A stretch of 64,000 bases of DNA, taken from positions 2,108,001 to 2,172,000 of the forward strand of contig JAQGDQ010000001.1 in assembly GCA_030141605.1 (NCBI GenBank), read 5' to 3'. The notes beneath the pieces were generated by a model. The model saw nothing but the letters and a program-made list of their open reading frames with translations. It was not told where the DNA came from and searched no databases. The stretch is from Tubiluchus corallicola. Its lineage: Eukaryota; Animalia; Priapulida. A program made the translations under genes and the position numbers. Shown in pieces: positions 1 through 14,332 of the stretch; positions within the stretch are counted from its first letter, which is position 1; each line of letters starts with the position of its first letter.

Positions 1-776
1 GTATTCAGGATTTTTAGTTTTGTAGAAAAATGGATTACATGAGTGGCGTTCTAAATGATATATTCACGAAAAAATGAATTGCAAAACAAAGGTAAATAGT
101 GTTCTAAATGATATATCCAAGCATTTGGGCAGAAAAAACTCAATACGCAAGTAACCCAATGCTTCGCATTCTGGCGTGGTTTTGCATATACACAAATAGG
201 TCAATTTGACAGGCAGCCAATATTAAACTATGGCAATAGACGAAGACGAAGATAAGAGACGAACCAATAGAATTATATGAATAATTTAAGTCGGTTGCTG
301 CATTAAAGCGTGTTGCAGGGAAGTAATTAGTTGAAGACAACTGACAAGTCTTCTCCATTCTATAGGAAACTCGATGTCTATGCAGCACATTGATGATAAC
401 CACGATAGTGCACGGGGTGAGTGACTCTGACGAAATGGTGTTTTCTAGATGAGTAAATGGTCGAAGAAAATGGTAAAAACTTCAAGAATTATAAGCTAAG
501 AGATTTCAGCGATGTCATTTTCCTGCAAAGAAATACCCCATATTACACGTAGAAAAAGAATGCCGCCAAATGCACAACTCTTGCCAGGATCTTCATCAAA
601 TGCAAATTAGTATTTTGCGAAATTTTCGCGGTTCGGCACGTTTTCAGAGTAGAATTTATGCATAAGCTATCAATGGCTTGTCAAATAAATCCTGAATGTT
701 TTCGTGAAGATAATACCCACACGTACTCATAGTGCATTTATAGTTTCAAAAACGAACCAGTCGTGTTTTGCAATAA

Positions 777-1629
777 TCTATAATTCTGAAAGTGCCTACA
801 TTTTGGTTAATTTATCTCTCAAGTAGCACCGACTAAGCAAAAGCAGTCTTCTCTTAAGTTGCAGAATCACAGTTCTTGAGTCTAAGTCAGTATATATTCC
901 CATTGACTCGACGTCGATGCCACGTAAACGTACCATGCGAACTAGCCTACAGCTCCACGAGAGGCATAGGTTATAATGAGAATAGTTCACCCCTGACCCC
1001 GCTAGGGGACAAAAACTAGGGGGTCGGGAACTGAAGTGCACCGAGTGTTGAGCAATGGTACCTTGTAGCACATCAAATGAAAGGTCTCGATGAGTCGGAT
1101 CGAATGGCATAAGTTTCATTGAGAATAGCTAATCCGCAATCCCGTTAGGGGGCAAACCCGAAAAATGGGGGTCAGGAACAAATGCATCGAGTGTCTATAA
1201 ATAGTACCGTGCAGCAAATCAAATGAAAGGTTTCGATGAGGCGATTCGAATGGCATAGGTTACAACGTGAATGGTTAACCCGCGACCTCGCTACGGGGCA
1301 AAAACCGAAAAATGGGGGTCCGGGACAGAAATGCATCAAGTGCTTTGGAATAGTACCGCGTAACACGTCAAATGAAAGGTCTTTATGAGGCGAATTGAAT
1401 GGTTTAGGTTACAGTGTGAATCGTTAACCTGTGACCCCAGTAGGGGCAAAATAGGGGGTCAAGGAGACAAACGCCTTCTAAAGTCTACAAAAGTAGATCA
1501 TATCATAATTATGCACAACAATTAGCCTAAAGATTAATTAAATAAAAAAGAAGACAGCGAAAAGGCTATATTTGTGTTTCCATTTCGCATGCTCTTAAAA
1601 GCTACCGACTCAATTATAGGGCCTATTAG
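777..1629 (+). mobile_element. Helitron-like element with internal ~147-bp tandem repeats
   Basis: A|TCTATA start; GGGCC..TTAG|T end similar to 27460-27473; about 3.5 diverged units between 962 and 1460, the full ones containing TCAAATGAAAGGT. Confidence 0.6.
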
Positions 1630-2667
1630 TAAAAAATTTACAAACACGCACGCGCACACACGATGCATTTGTCTATCGTATTTGCAAACAGGAACATAAG
1701 CTAGTGGAATTAACAATTGCGCAATTACAAGTTTCAATACTTTCGTTCGTCTTGGCCGTTGCATATTGTATTAGTAAATCATTGCACGCAACGTTATAGC
1801 ACTGAAGACACGAATAAGGACTTACTGTTCTTATAAAATTATTGTCGCCGCTTTGAACCTAGCATATTAATAGCACCAAATGAAAAGATCTGCAACAAGC
1901 TCTGCAGTGAGTATCAGCCAGCTGTGAGGGAATGGGATGGAATTGGCAATGTACACTAGCTCCGAAATTATACTCATGAAGTCTCTCAAGTTGTTAAGTA
2001 CAAATTTGGGTAACGAAAGAAAAAAGATGGTTTAAAGACATTTTTTGCTAAACGCTTATTAACTTTCTGGATGGATTGCCAATCGGAGAGGGAGCCTATT
2101 ACTGTACTGCATCGCGACTTGACTACGTCCTGAAGGGGAAAAATTCGATGCCAAATTTCTTAAATCCCAGGTATTAGGCTTACAGTTAAGTACTTTTTTG
2201 CGTGTTGCTTTCACTAGGAGTGTTTTTGGGTGTGCTCTATACTGGTTTTCGCTTTAAACATCCGCCATCCCTTGTAAATTTCCTGTAGCAGCATCATTTC
2301 TTTAGGTCTCCTATAGCTCTATAGACAAAAACGCCTAATGTCATGCTGATTTCGGGATCTTCTGCAATTACTGCCACTAGTGCTATAATTGTGGTTTTCA
2401 CTATATTAAGAATGCGTGCATATTAAGATCATACTTTAGTCGTTATCCTAGAAAGAATGAGTATGCTTCAGTCCTGCCAAATATTGCAAAACGATTTATC
2501 CCAGAATGTGGAATTTTCCGCTTGCAGTATGTCAAATTATATGAAAGACTTCTTTCATGAAATTCTCGAATTCTTTTGTAAAATCTTAAGACATTCCGAT
2601 TTTAAAGCAACGAGATTTAAATTAATGCTCACGTCTACAGGAGATACCACTAGTATCTGATTATTAC

Positions 2668-2826
2668 CCAGGTATTCCTCCGGCTTCCATTTTGTTTGCA
2701 AGTGTTACGTCATTGGACCATACGTCATACTGCCACTTCCTTAAACCCAGGACACCGCACAGGACTCTTCCAGTGTGAATGCCTACTCTCATATTTAGTT
2801 TGACGTCCGTCGCTTCCACTACGGCC
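2668..2826 (-). CDS. rut: Adenylate cyclase exon 6 (C1a); the gene presumably continues beyond the left edge
   Basis: gttacag|...|gtaata; encodes [52 protein letters not shown](G); 159 nt, in phase with exon 5 across an 8.8-kb intron. No further exon found in 1-2667. Confidence 0.96.
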
Positions 2827-5800
2827 CTGTAACACAAGAAACAAATAATTTGACTGTTTTTTGCCCGTTTACATATTTTAGCTGAGTCTCAGTTTACTAT
2901 TCTACCCTTGATATAAAACTGCTTAAAAATAAGCGCTCAAAATCACGATCTCTAAAAGCACTTAAAATCTGTCATATTCGCATCTTACAAATACTTGTCA
3001 TTGAAATGAAAATTATCAGGCAAAATCCTTATACATCAAATAAACAATTATTAAGAACTTACAACAAATTTTTTAACTAATTTAGAAAGTCTGATTTCGC
3101 TCACATACAGAAGCTAAAGCTAATCTAATGTTATAGGAGCTCACAATAATCTTCGATTTAAAGACTTTTTTAATATATACTACAGTATATACATAAATTA
3201 CTTGGTGCGTGAGTGCTAGTTTTAACGGTAAATTTCTTAATTCGTTTTTACATTCGACAAGTGCGTTAGGCGCAATTGAATTCAACAAAAAATTTAATCG
3301 GAACTATCAACGAAAACGCTACCAAAAATATAAAATACTTACTGGCTAAAGGGATTTAGTTGGCATTGTCTGTAAAAATTTGCAAAACAACTCCAAATCC
3401 GTGAGATTTTACAGTTTTGTTAAAGAATCGCTATAAGCCGCTTAACTACGCGGCATTTCAACAAGTTCCAATAACTTGTTGAATTGATTGGAAGGCCTAT
3501 TGAACATGGAAGCCATACTATTTCGTGGCAAGAATTTGCTAAATACGGGCAAGTTAGTCCCAGTCATTGTCGCAATTTTCACTATTATAAAACCGCTAAT
3601 AGCTTCTACCAGGGCATGTCAATCAGATAAACAGTGGAAAGAGCCGAAAGGCTTATTTCGTGGAGCGCCTTTGCACGTTGACTATCTACCTGCTTTGACA
3701 ATTAAAATAGTCCAGAAAAAACATACAAACATCAAGACTTTAACAAGTAAGTGTCTTACAGACTTTTGCTCATGACGTTTGGATCACATTCGAAGAAAAC
3801 AGGTAGTTTCACAGTTTCGTTAGTACAAATCTTACGTGTAACTATTTTGCAAAACGCTGTAATTAGTGACTCTGCCAAAGATCTATGGGCAAAAATACAT
3901 TACAAAAATTCCAAAAAAATCCGCAAATTTTGCAGATAGTCTGCAGATGATGCCAGTCTCAGCAATTATATAAAGTAATACTTCATGGCAAATTCTCGCA
4001 GACGTGGTGAAATTGGAAATCAATGAAACATGTCCATTCAGAACTCCGTTTTATATTTGGAAAATCATGTTCGCAAAACAGCAATAACCGACAAATCTAG
4101 TCCCACAATACATATATATGACAGGAGACAACAGAAACAAAATTGCTTGATAGAAAATCATGAAGAACCCATCCAATTTCGTTTGCGAAACACTTAATAA
4201 TGTATCAGAATATTTGATGGTTTTTGATAGTTATTTATGTATCAAAACTATATAGTTGAGAGAAGTATAATGTTGGATTTGGGCATTTCGAATTCAACCT
4301 AACAAGATAGAATTACTTGTTGAAATTTTAGGAATCATAAAAACAATATTAGCGATACGCAGACTACTTTTATATTTTTACAAAACGCATTTGCTCATTT
4401 AAACTAAGAAACCAATCTCTATTATCGATAAGGAATAGAATTATCAATTATACATTTCCACTAATAGTGACAAATATGACAGGTCTGTTTACCCTAACAA
4501 ACAATCTATGTTCTTGAAATCAATTTAACCAAAACGTCTATTTTCAGAGTGATGTATTAGTCCGCAGAGATTTTGTTTGGTAATAAACAATTGCCTGTAA
4601 TCAACTGCCTCAATCTGACTTGCCCTTGGCGGAAAAAATAAAGAACTCTCAGTTGTTTCTAAATATAAATGCATAAATACACATCTCCACCAACCCAATC
4701 AGACATGAAAGCTGGTAATCTATCAATGTGTCTAGCTAATTTAATGAAACACCAAAAATTGCTAATAGAATGTCAATCTACTGCTCACAGGGCACAAAAC
4801 GAAAGTCCAGTGGTAATCGAGACATGTCAAGACGCTGTTAAATATCAAAAATTTTTATTTCATATTTTACAATGTATATCATATTTTATTTCTGCTCCAA
4901 AAAGCCCTTAACGAGCCAGAATCTCCGCGCATGTTGTGAAGGACTGCTGCCAAGGTAACAAAGGGGCACGCAGATCAAAAGGGAGGTTTGGTCTTGTGTG
5001 CGCTTTTTCAATAGCAGTTACTTCAGAGCAAGTAATGGTTGCAATACTTAGGATTTTGACTTCAGAGTAACACTTTAGTGAAAGTCAATCAAACAAACTA
5101 TTTAATTCCGTTGCAATTTGAATCACGGCATTATATTTTAAGGTGCTATTCTCTGAAAGTTTGAGTGTGTCCTCAATGGTGAGTTGCTCTGGAAAGCACA
5201 CTTATATCAGAACTGGGACTGGAGTCCATGCCTGGAAACCAGACAGCAAGTGTAACACATGGGCATCGTCTCTTCAATTATTAACCTGATGCCCATTAAG
5301 AAAGTACAGTGTATGAATTGATAGCGTGTTATATCTGAAATTAATAACCTAGTTCAAAATTCTCGGTGGTCTGTTATTTACTTGTGTTCATATTGTGAAA
5401 GATCTAAATAGAAAAATCCCTAGCTGCTAGCATGTACGCAAGAATTTTCTGGCGTTTCAAAAATAATTTTCCAAGTCGAATGAACTGTATGGCTGATTAC
5501 ATAATTATTGTCGCTTTTAATCAAAAACGATGTACAATAAAACCGAACGCAGGGAACTAGAACCAAATCATAACGTTACAAAAACCATCATTTTAGGTAT
5601 CTGACGAGCTTATTGCTCGTGAGGCAACGTAATTATATCATTGTCTAACAGAGCCTTACAAAATGAAGTCTCTAGAGCAATAATCAAAAACTTATCCATA
5701 TCTACAGGGCGTAATATCCAAGTCCGAACTAATATACCCGCCGTCATTATCATTTGAGAATTTAGTAAGGACATAATATCGGGAATACTGACAGCAATAA

Positions 5801-6101
5801 CGCTTAGCACAATAGCTGCTGTCTAGAAAATCGCGTAAGGACTAATGAAAAGAATCAGCGCGCCTGAATTAATTTATTAAAACCTGAAATTTCTAGCATT
5901 GACAGTCGAGAATAATGGGCATTATTACAAATGCATAGATCTCGTTATTACAAACGCATAGATAATGCAAAGTGAGACGACCACACATCTCGGCACTTTT
6001 AGTCAACTTGATGCTTTTAATGAACAACTTCGGTATCGAACTATTAACTGTGTGAAAAAATTGCAAGAGATCTGGTTCTCTCTCACACACACGCGCACGC
6101 A

Positions 6102-6102
<1 letters not shown>

Positions 6103-6172
<70 letters not shown>
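6103..6172. repeat. (CT)n microsatellite
   Basis: Seen directly. Confidence 0.97.
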
Positions 6173-6176
<4 letters not shown>

Positions 6177-9104
6177 CTTTTCACTGTTAAAAAAACATAA
6201 AATCGTTGGAAAATGTCGCCACAGTTATTTAATTTTTTAACATCCGCAGCTCAGTGTTGAACTTTCTACCATGGGAATTAAAAGCCATATTGCGAATGTT
6301 TACATAAATAATTTAATGTACGTTGATGATGTATTAGCTACAGCCGCAGCAAATAGCTTTGCAGCGGTTTTCAAGTTCTTTTGTTGATTTTGTTGATTTT
6401 GTGAGAGAAACGCTTTAGGATGAAGCAGAGCTGGAACAATCTGGCTTTGTTTTTATTCTTTTGTATGACTAAAATTTATGTGCTTAGCTTAAAATAAATA
6501 GTTCGATACGACTTGGTCATACAGTCCATTCATTACAGTAGAGCTTATAAATTGTTAATTAAATGCAATGTTTAAATGTATTATACCAGTCCACAGTGAT
6601 TCACGTGATTTCGTACAACAAAGCTTTAATTTCAGCCTTTTACTGTGACGTTTTACTTTTTCGTACTATAGCAAACATCTCCATAATACAGTACGATTAG
6701 TTTCTGCCCAATTAAATTTTCTACTTGTATTTCTCAATTGGATTAGTTTATTTACTTGATTTACTTGACCTTTATTTAGACTCTCCTCCAAATCAGTTTA
6801 TAAAGCTCACTAAATTTACGGATGTGCCCTCTATTTACTATTATAATGCTACACAGCTTGCCAGGGTGACTTAAGGCCTCCACGAAGGCTCTAGTGTTTC
6901 CGTTACAAGAAAAGCAGAAGCAAACAGCATGTAGAGAGGCAAAACAGCGCAGCACGGATCCTGGAGTAACATGTCAGCTTTCTCTCTGAAAGCATGATCT
7001 CGCGGCTTCAAATCTGTGAAGCGGATTTATAGTGGGAAGATTTATACGACAATGCGGGCTCAGATGCCATCAAATAGCACCAAAAGAAATGCAAACAGAA
7101 TAACAAAACAAAACAAAATTGATAACAAAAGAGCAGTCAAGCTTATGAGCCCCTATCGCGCACTAAAATGATTTGACAAAGAATGGAATCTGGAAGTGTT
7201 TGGGATGCTGGTTGCCCAACAGAAAACAGGCGAAAGAACTCACTTTGTTGAGAAGCAGGCTGTTGAGAAGTCTATGTTGGTTAGTAAATACAAGAACGAT
7301 ACAAAAACTACTAAAATAATGAAATAAAATACTGGACGTGTATTAACGTAATTCAAACTTTAAAAAGGAAGACTTTAGTTCAGTTTGCTGAGGAAATTCG
7401 TGAGACAAAGAACATGAGACTATGAATACAATAACAGCATAAAAAAGTAGTAAGTCTCTACGATTTTTGACGTTGTACAGGTAATCAATAATGCACACAA
7501 AATCAGGCACTATGCAAGTTTTGAAACTTTAACACTTGTATTTGAGATTTCTATATTTTGCTCAAAACCAGGTTTTCTGTACTAGGGTAAGGTCTTCGCA
7601 TTTCGGCAAGTGATGCATTGAAACTTATATGACTAAGAAGAAAAGCTGTCACATGGCAAATGTAATGTATAAGTGGATATTTTAATATGATCAACTTTAA
7701 ACTTTCTCTTTCGGTAGATCAAACTAGATTACTAAAATCCAATTGTGCGCCTGAATTGTAAATCTTTGTACAAATTTGTAGTAATCAAAAAAATGTGGAA
7801 GTGTTCGTCGCTACGAATCAGTACCATATTAAAAGCCTCCAATTTGTACCTGAAAATTGATAACTAGATCAATTAAATTTGAATCTACTTTCAATAATTG
7901 ATTGTAAAACACCTTCATCCATTAATTCAATTTGCAATGCAAGTTCATTGATGATATTCTTGGGCAAAAAGGGGCGTGTCAAAATATTACGACACCTCAG
8001 GCTGATAGCGCAGTCTCCCCCATCTCTATTATAGTTTATGTTTGTTTATAGGTGAGGGGCAAAAACACAATTACTTGTGGTGTATTAGTGGTCTGTTACC
8101 TAGTACCTACGAGGTCATTGTTAATTACATAAATCTTATATCGAAGCAAGCTGTGCAACTGCTTGTGATGTAGTACCCTAGTTATGTGGTGTAGTACCCC
8201 CTCAAATTTTGGCGCTTTAGGTTATAGTAGTTTATTGGTAGTGGGGAAAATTTTGAAGGGACTGTATTGGATCGGAAATTTAATTCGGTAATATAGATCC
8301 ATAACTATTAAACTTATTAAATCGTGAAGAAACCTTAGAGTATATATGTATAATTATCAACGAATCCTATTCATTCACCAGGAGACATTAATAAGCTATA
8401 AAATTCTTTCTTCACAGAATCGCGGTACGCTGTAGAATGTTTTGCAACCATATATCTTCAAGAACCAATTTCGTAACCTATCAATTTTTCGAGAGCATAA
8501 TGTTACCGCAAATTTTCAGCAAAGAAACGAAGCAAAAATTGCGAACACAAAATATTTGGAAAAGTAATCTTTACAGTGAAGTTTCTCAAACTGTATGTGA
8601 AATCCGGTGCGCCCCATTTGCCCCTTTATTGTAATGTTAATGGTTCACATAAAAAATCATGGGACGCGTTTACTGTTATTATAGAACCCACTTTTTCGTA
8701 AAAATTTGGAATATGGCTTTTTGGGACAGATCCATTTATACATTAAGATGAAACAAACCCCGACAGTGCTACAATGTATAGGACGGATGCACCTTTTCCT
8801 CCAAATGTTCCTATGTAGGAACATAAGTTTGCTGCTGTTAATAATAATACTGGTGCTTAGCTAAACAAATCGGCAACTTACTGGCAAATTTTGAAAGTAT
8901 GAAGTCAATTTTTAGTTTAGCCACCAGTTGTTGACAAGTAGTATTATGTCACTCTTCAGACCAGGTGTTAAATTACAAAAGTCTATTGAAAAGTAAAAAA
9001 ATCTTTGAGATCTGTTTATCCTGAGTAATACTTGCTGACACATCTACTTACCCACCACATATATAACTAAAATGTTAGATGGATACTTAGTTCTCAAATT
9101 TCAA

Positions 9105-10632
9105 CCCGAATATGTGATGATCCTGTACGGGAACGTTGGGCAGTTTATCGCATGAGATTTTCCCATTATACCAACAATGGTTGGATACCATTGGTTTCAG
9201 TTTCATTGTTTATTGCTTACAATAAGTTGCGCTGTCTAACTTGTAGATTGTGATAACTGGTTTTGTTACTGTAGCACAGTGGTTCCCAAAGTAGGGGTAA
9301 ATTACCCCCCGGGGGTAATATGTTTTTTTGTGGGGGGGGGGGTAAAGGGCACCCCTCTGAAAATTTTTAAAACTTCGCTCGGTATGCATTTTACGTAGTT
9401 TTCTTCTTGAAGAGACTGCCTCTGGCAGGCAACACTGTGTCATGGTGTCCATCATTCATAAATAACATAAATAATTTTGCTTGCTTGTGGCATATACGTG
9501 TGTTTACTTTTTGAGTTGGAGAAGTAGTACTAGGTGGGGGGTAATGGACACGACCGGGTTTCCCAATTTGGGTAACGGTCCGAGAAAGTTTGGGAACCTC
9601 TGCTGTAGCAGATGTTACTTAGTATCATTTATCATGAACGTGACTACGTTTTATGGCAGAAAACGAGCATGTGTCACCACACTGCGTGAAGCCGTTGATA
9701 TTGCTGAAGAGAAACAAAAACCACAATACCAAGAAAAGGATGTATTAGTACAACCTCGGGGCAGTCGTGTGGGAAACTCACTAGTAAAGGTGGTTTTAAA
9801 AGTCAGTGATGCTGCCAAGCATGAGTTCTTCGATAACGTTTTACTAGCCATGGATTATTGTGTGTAATGGCAACCCAAAGCGTCAATGCGACTGGTACCA
9901 TTCGAGGGAACAGAATGGCAGGTGCAGCAAAGGAGATGACATCCACAAAAGATCTATAAAAGAAAGATATAGTTCGTACGATTTCAGTTTTGATGCGACG
10001 GTATTTGTTTACAAATGGAATGATAGCTCGGTGGTTGGAGTTGCCAGCCAGTGTCTTACACACCTACCAGAGCATAAAGAAAAGCGGCGTGTAAAAAGCA
10101 AGTCAAATGTCGAGTTATTCAGCTAAACTTGGCGCAAATGTACAATCAAGAAATGAAAATGAAAGATGTTGATCTTTGTAAACGTCTGCTGTCATCATAC
10201 AAACAAGTAATTAGAGGGAAAAAGTGGTACTGGCCACTATTTACCAATGCAATAAACATATCAGTAGTGGCAGCATGGCGGCTTAATTGTCAGGCTGCCG
10301 AAAAGCCTGTGTCACACTTGGATTTCCATCTTGATGTGATTACAAAACTTGTTGTGCAAAGTATCCAAACGTTCCTGTACAAGAACATGGTCCCATTATG
10401 AAAACCAGACAACCAATCATTTTCAAATTCTATATTAGCAGTTACAAGTATAAAACTAGCTAATGCTACGAAAGTAATCAAAAGAGTCAACGGCGTCAAA
10501 ATGCGGGAGGACAAAGGCGGGGCGAAGACATTTGCCGAAAGAATGACACGGTTGTGTCATATAAGGAAAGAATGATAAAGTTTGTGTTATCTGACATAAG
10601 AATATTACATCGCCATCAGCCTTTAATGGGGG
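9105..10632 (+). mobile_element. Decayed piggyBac (PGBD-type) transposon in adenylate cyclase intron 5
   Basis: Broken frames read FFDN, GT.RE.R, YDF.FD..VFVYKWNDSSVV.VAS and YN..M..VDLC.RLLSSY...IRGKKWYWPLFTNAINISVVAAW. Ends are approximate (degenerate TCAA-CCC ... GGG-GTAA). Confidence 0.8.
9277..9602. mobile_element. hAT-family MITE inserted in the piggyBac remnant
   Basis: TIRs CAGTGGTTCCCAAA / TTTGGGAACCTCTG; 8-bp TSD CTGTAGCA at 9269-9276 and 9603-9610. Confidence 0.92.
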
Positions 10633-11595
10633 TAAGCCTGCATAGTCGGCTGTGGTTAAACTTGTACTATGTGAAACAACCCAAATGAAACTTTCAGGAT
10701 TTTATTTAATACAGTTTTATATCAAGGATGTCTTTAAAAATGCCAAAACCGATGGTTTTAGCTTTGCGTCATCAGGACACCATACTGAGTACAGTCGTGA
10801 ATTGTATATACAATACATGTATAAGAGAATTGTGAGGGAATATGAAGGACAATAAAGTAACAAACTCTAAATATGGGTGAGTGTATCATCTTCGTCGGAA
10901 ATAATCTGACAGAAAAATTGTTTAGTTTATGCTTACCTTGCCTAGCTGTCATGTGTCCTTGTCATTGTTTGACTCTCATAGCACCGTTTCGGTGTCATTT
11001 AATTCATTATTGCTCATGATATTACCTGTATTATGCCTTGAAACAGTATTTTGGGTTTTCATACGCTTGTTAGCTCACTTTCATCTTCTTTCTCCACATA
11101 AACTACTTTTTGACAATAAAAGAGCTAACACCTTTCAAAAATATTAACAGTACAATTATTTTAATGGCATTATTATCGATAATCCAAACAAAACATGTAC
11201 ATGTACCAATAGTACGTATATAATAAACAAAACAAATTTTACAACAGGCAAAAATTTTGTACTCCTAGTTTTACTTCTACTGACTTATCAAATCAGATCC
11301 ATTTTCTGATCGTGTTTTACAGTTACAATTGAGCGTCAAAAGTTCTTATCGTTCTGGCTACCTGCAGTTTCTGTCTCAGTAGTGCCTGCTGTTCGCGACG
11401 ACTACATTTACAATAACTTATCTTAATAGTCCCAGACTGCTTCCGTTCCATTAGTTTCCAGTTGTCCTACCATTAATTTTTTACTAAGGAGACACGCAGG
11501 ACGAAGCGTTACGAAGCATTACAAGTCCCCCGTGATAGTTTACTGCAAATCTTTAGTAGTTCCAGACATTCAGAAAAAAAACTCTGTTAACTTAC

Positions 11596-11723
11596 GCAAT
11601 TGCGTCGATCATGTCCAGGCCCATCTCTACACAACAGTTAGCATGGTCCGGGCGAGCTTCTGGAAGTCCACTTACACAGTAATAGCAGTCGCCCAAAATT
11701 TTTATCCTCATGCAGAAATTTTC
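11596..11723 (-). CDS. rut: Adenylate cyclase exon 5 (C1a)
   Basis: ttttag|...|gtaagt; encodes [42 protein letters not shown](A); 128 nt, in phase. Confidence 0.96.
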
Positions 11724-12252
11724 CTAAAATTTGAAATGAAATCACTATCTCGCGTTTCATTCAGTTAACACTTATCGTCGATGAATCCGATACTGTTAAC
11801 TACTTAACTGTGACAAACTTTTACTTTGAGCTTATCATACGGAATAAAATCATGTATTTTATAAATCTCAATTTCTAACTTTAATTTTTTTATTCATATA
11901 GGGTGCTTTTGAAATATTTTGAAGCATTTCGAATATATATTATTTTATAAATCTCAGTTTAAAAGTTCTAAGTTTTATCTTTTTCTATCAATCAAAATAC
12001 TACTTTTAGTTTGATAGTGTATTGCATTTTCGAATGGCTGAGCTTCCAATGTAGCTATCAAAACAGCATCGTACAAAATGTAAAAGCAGAACATTAACCT
12101 TGTTACTTTATTATTGAACAGCCACAATTATGTAAATTATAATACAATTGTTCACTGAAAATTGAGATTCATGCACTTCGAGATTTCTGATGTTCAGAAA
12201 ATCTCTTGTTAAAGACAGTAATGTCTAAATTTTAATAAGGAAGCTTCCTTAC

Positions 12253-12364
12253 CTGAGCTAATTGGTCAAACCTGCCGAAAAGTTCATTCAAAATGCGCAC
12301 TAGTTCCTGCGCCGTGCACTGTGATGCCAGAGCTGTGAAGCCAACTATGTCCGCAAACAATATG
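12253..12364 (-). CDS. rut: Adenylate cyclase exon 4 (start of C1a catalytic domain)
   Basis: tttccag|...|gtaagg; encodes (S)[37 protein letters not shown], the class III cyclase metal-binding motif; 112 nt, in phase. Confidence 0.96.
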
Positions 12365-12940
12365 CTGGAAAAATTAAAATAAAATAAAATAAATTAAAAT
12401 AAAAATTTAAAAAATTTTAAAGTCTACCTGAAGATACTCTACAAGTATGTTAGATATCTTTAGACCGCAAATTTGTATAGCGTTGTGTAAGCTGCAACTC
12501 AGTTTTTCAAGGCATTACGTAACAGAGCCGCATTGTTTGACTAGTGTTGACTTTCTGTATGTAACATCCAGTCATGGGTAAACTTATGTGGAAACCGGAA
12601 GTTAATACTGAAAAATTAGGTAAAGGCGATGCAAGAATACAACATGCCGCATTTCAGAAAAGCCGTGCTAGAAAAGCCGATTTTTAAAAACTATGGTGAA
12701 ATTTATAGAAGTTTTTTACTCAAGTTATTCACTAAAACAGTGATACAGCGCCAAACATGACAGCAACATTTATTAATAATGAATACTGGTTAATTGCCAA
12801 ATTTCACAAAAATGGACCACTGATCTAGAAACTGTTAAATGTCAGACTAATCTAGAAAGTTTCACCACCTTGAGGTTGTACAATGATGTTTTTCGAGTTA
12901 CTTCTGTAGTTTCCGCTTTTAAACAAATAAACAGACCAAC

Positions 12941-13059
12941 CTGACGTTTTCGTGTAGCTGAATGTAAATCTTGTGAAATTGCATCTCTCGAGGAGAAACA
13001 ATGTCTTCTTTCATCTCCATGGCAACATGTTCCGGCAATACACTCAGTAGTAATCGTTC
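12941..13059 (-). CDS. rut: Adenylate cyclase exon 3
   Basis: ttgcag|...|gttggt; encodes [39 protein letters not shown](S); 119 nt, phase 0/2. Confidence 0.95.
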
Positions 13060-14332
13060 CTGCAAGAATGCAAGCATCAAATGGTTGGTGCCTAGTAGCG
13101 GATAGTAAAGGTAGTCTTAGTGCTAGAATAAAAGCGTGTATTCGGATCTGATGATTCCGCCTTGGACGCGGCTTAATGCCAGGACCCGCACAAAATAGAT
13201 AGTAAATCTAAATTAACAAAGTGTGAAATCCCACTGCCTTATTTCATGTTGTGTAACCTCTCTGCTTTTGAGATTCGCGTTCAATCAACTATACATTGGT
13301 TTTGCCAAAATAATAAAAAAACAAGCGAGTTACAAGGTTGCACCCTCGAGATTTGTCCTAGAGCTTCAGCTGCAAAATCTCCAAAGACCTTAGCCACAAA
13401 AGCTTTAACGGCCACACAGCTTAGGATTGCATTTTATGTTTGTACAAAACCTACAAAGTTGTGCTCCAAAGGCTGTAGGTTTGAGATTTGATCGGCGGAA
13501 AGCTTCAAGATAACGCCGCAAACTTTTAGGTAATACAATGTCTGACATAGAAAGCACTCGTGCGGAATGTCAAAATCTACACGCTTTGTACAGTTTGCGT
13601 AATGGGGTTTCGCTAAGACAAACATTTATCTGGCAGATGCTAATTATAATACGACTAGTTAAGGTTTAGTTTTCAGGTTTTCAGTCGTGAACACAATGTA
13701 ATGCACTCAGACGAAGACTCTCGATGTATTTGCATTCGAGTACCAGTTGGTTTGTCGGTCGATCAGTTAAAGTTTACTCAGGGCCAGTTTTCTGAGCATA
13801 AAGTATTAGCGGCTAAAATTACTCATTATAAAAACACTACAACCAAACAAAATAATATGAATGCAGGCGAACTATCAATAGCTCTGATAGTACTCAAAAT
13901 TTCCACAATTCCTATAGTAGTATGGTGCATGTGTTACTTTTCATAATGAAACGTATTCCCTGAAAAATTCATTCATTGGCCAACAAAATTAATATGTCTA
14001 AAACTGCCTTAAGATAATGCCTCAATGAGCCTTGCTTAAATAACTTTTGAAAATGTCAGGTATCGGTTGGGAGTTGTTGAAGCCACGACAGAGACGCAGT
14101 CGAAGTTGTTGAGAATGAGAACTACTTGAAGCGCGTTGTTCGAAAGCAGCTGCTTATTCACTCGGATTCAATCAAATTTCACAATTAATGCCATATTCAA
14201 TACAAAGCGCTATTTGCAAACACCTGTGCATTTTAGTGTATTTTTAAAAACATCTATTCCGCGACCGATAGCAAGTTCATATTAGCTTATTTAATTAACA
14301 ATTTTACTTCGTCAATACACTTGACTATGTTA

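Noticed and set aside
962-1460. Regularly spaced repeats resembling a CRISPR array
   Set aside because: Whole ~147-bp units are homologous with no unique spacers, there are no cas genes, and the context is a eukaryotic intron.
1826-1889. Exon-like segment on the - strand with AG and GTAAGT ends, as a possible cyclase exon 7
   Set aside because: It has stop codons in all three frames and no cyclase similarity.
6830-7060. Possible ancient LINE RT fragment (PGSVL-like motif on - strand)
   Set aside because: Too degenerate to support without a profile search.
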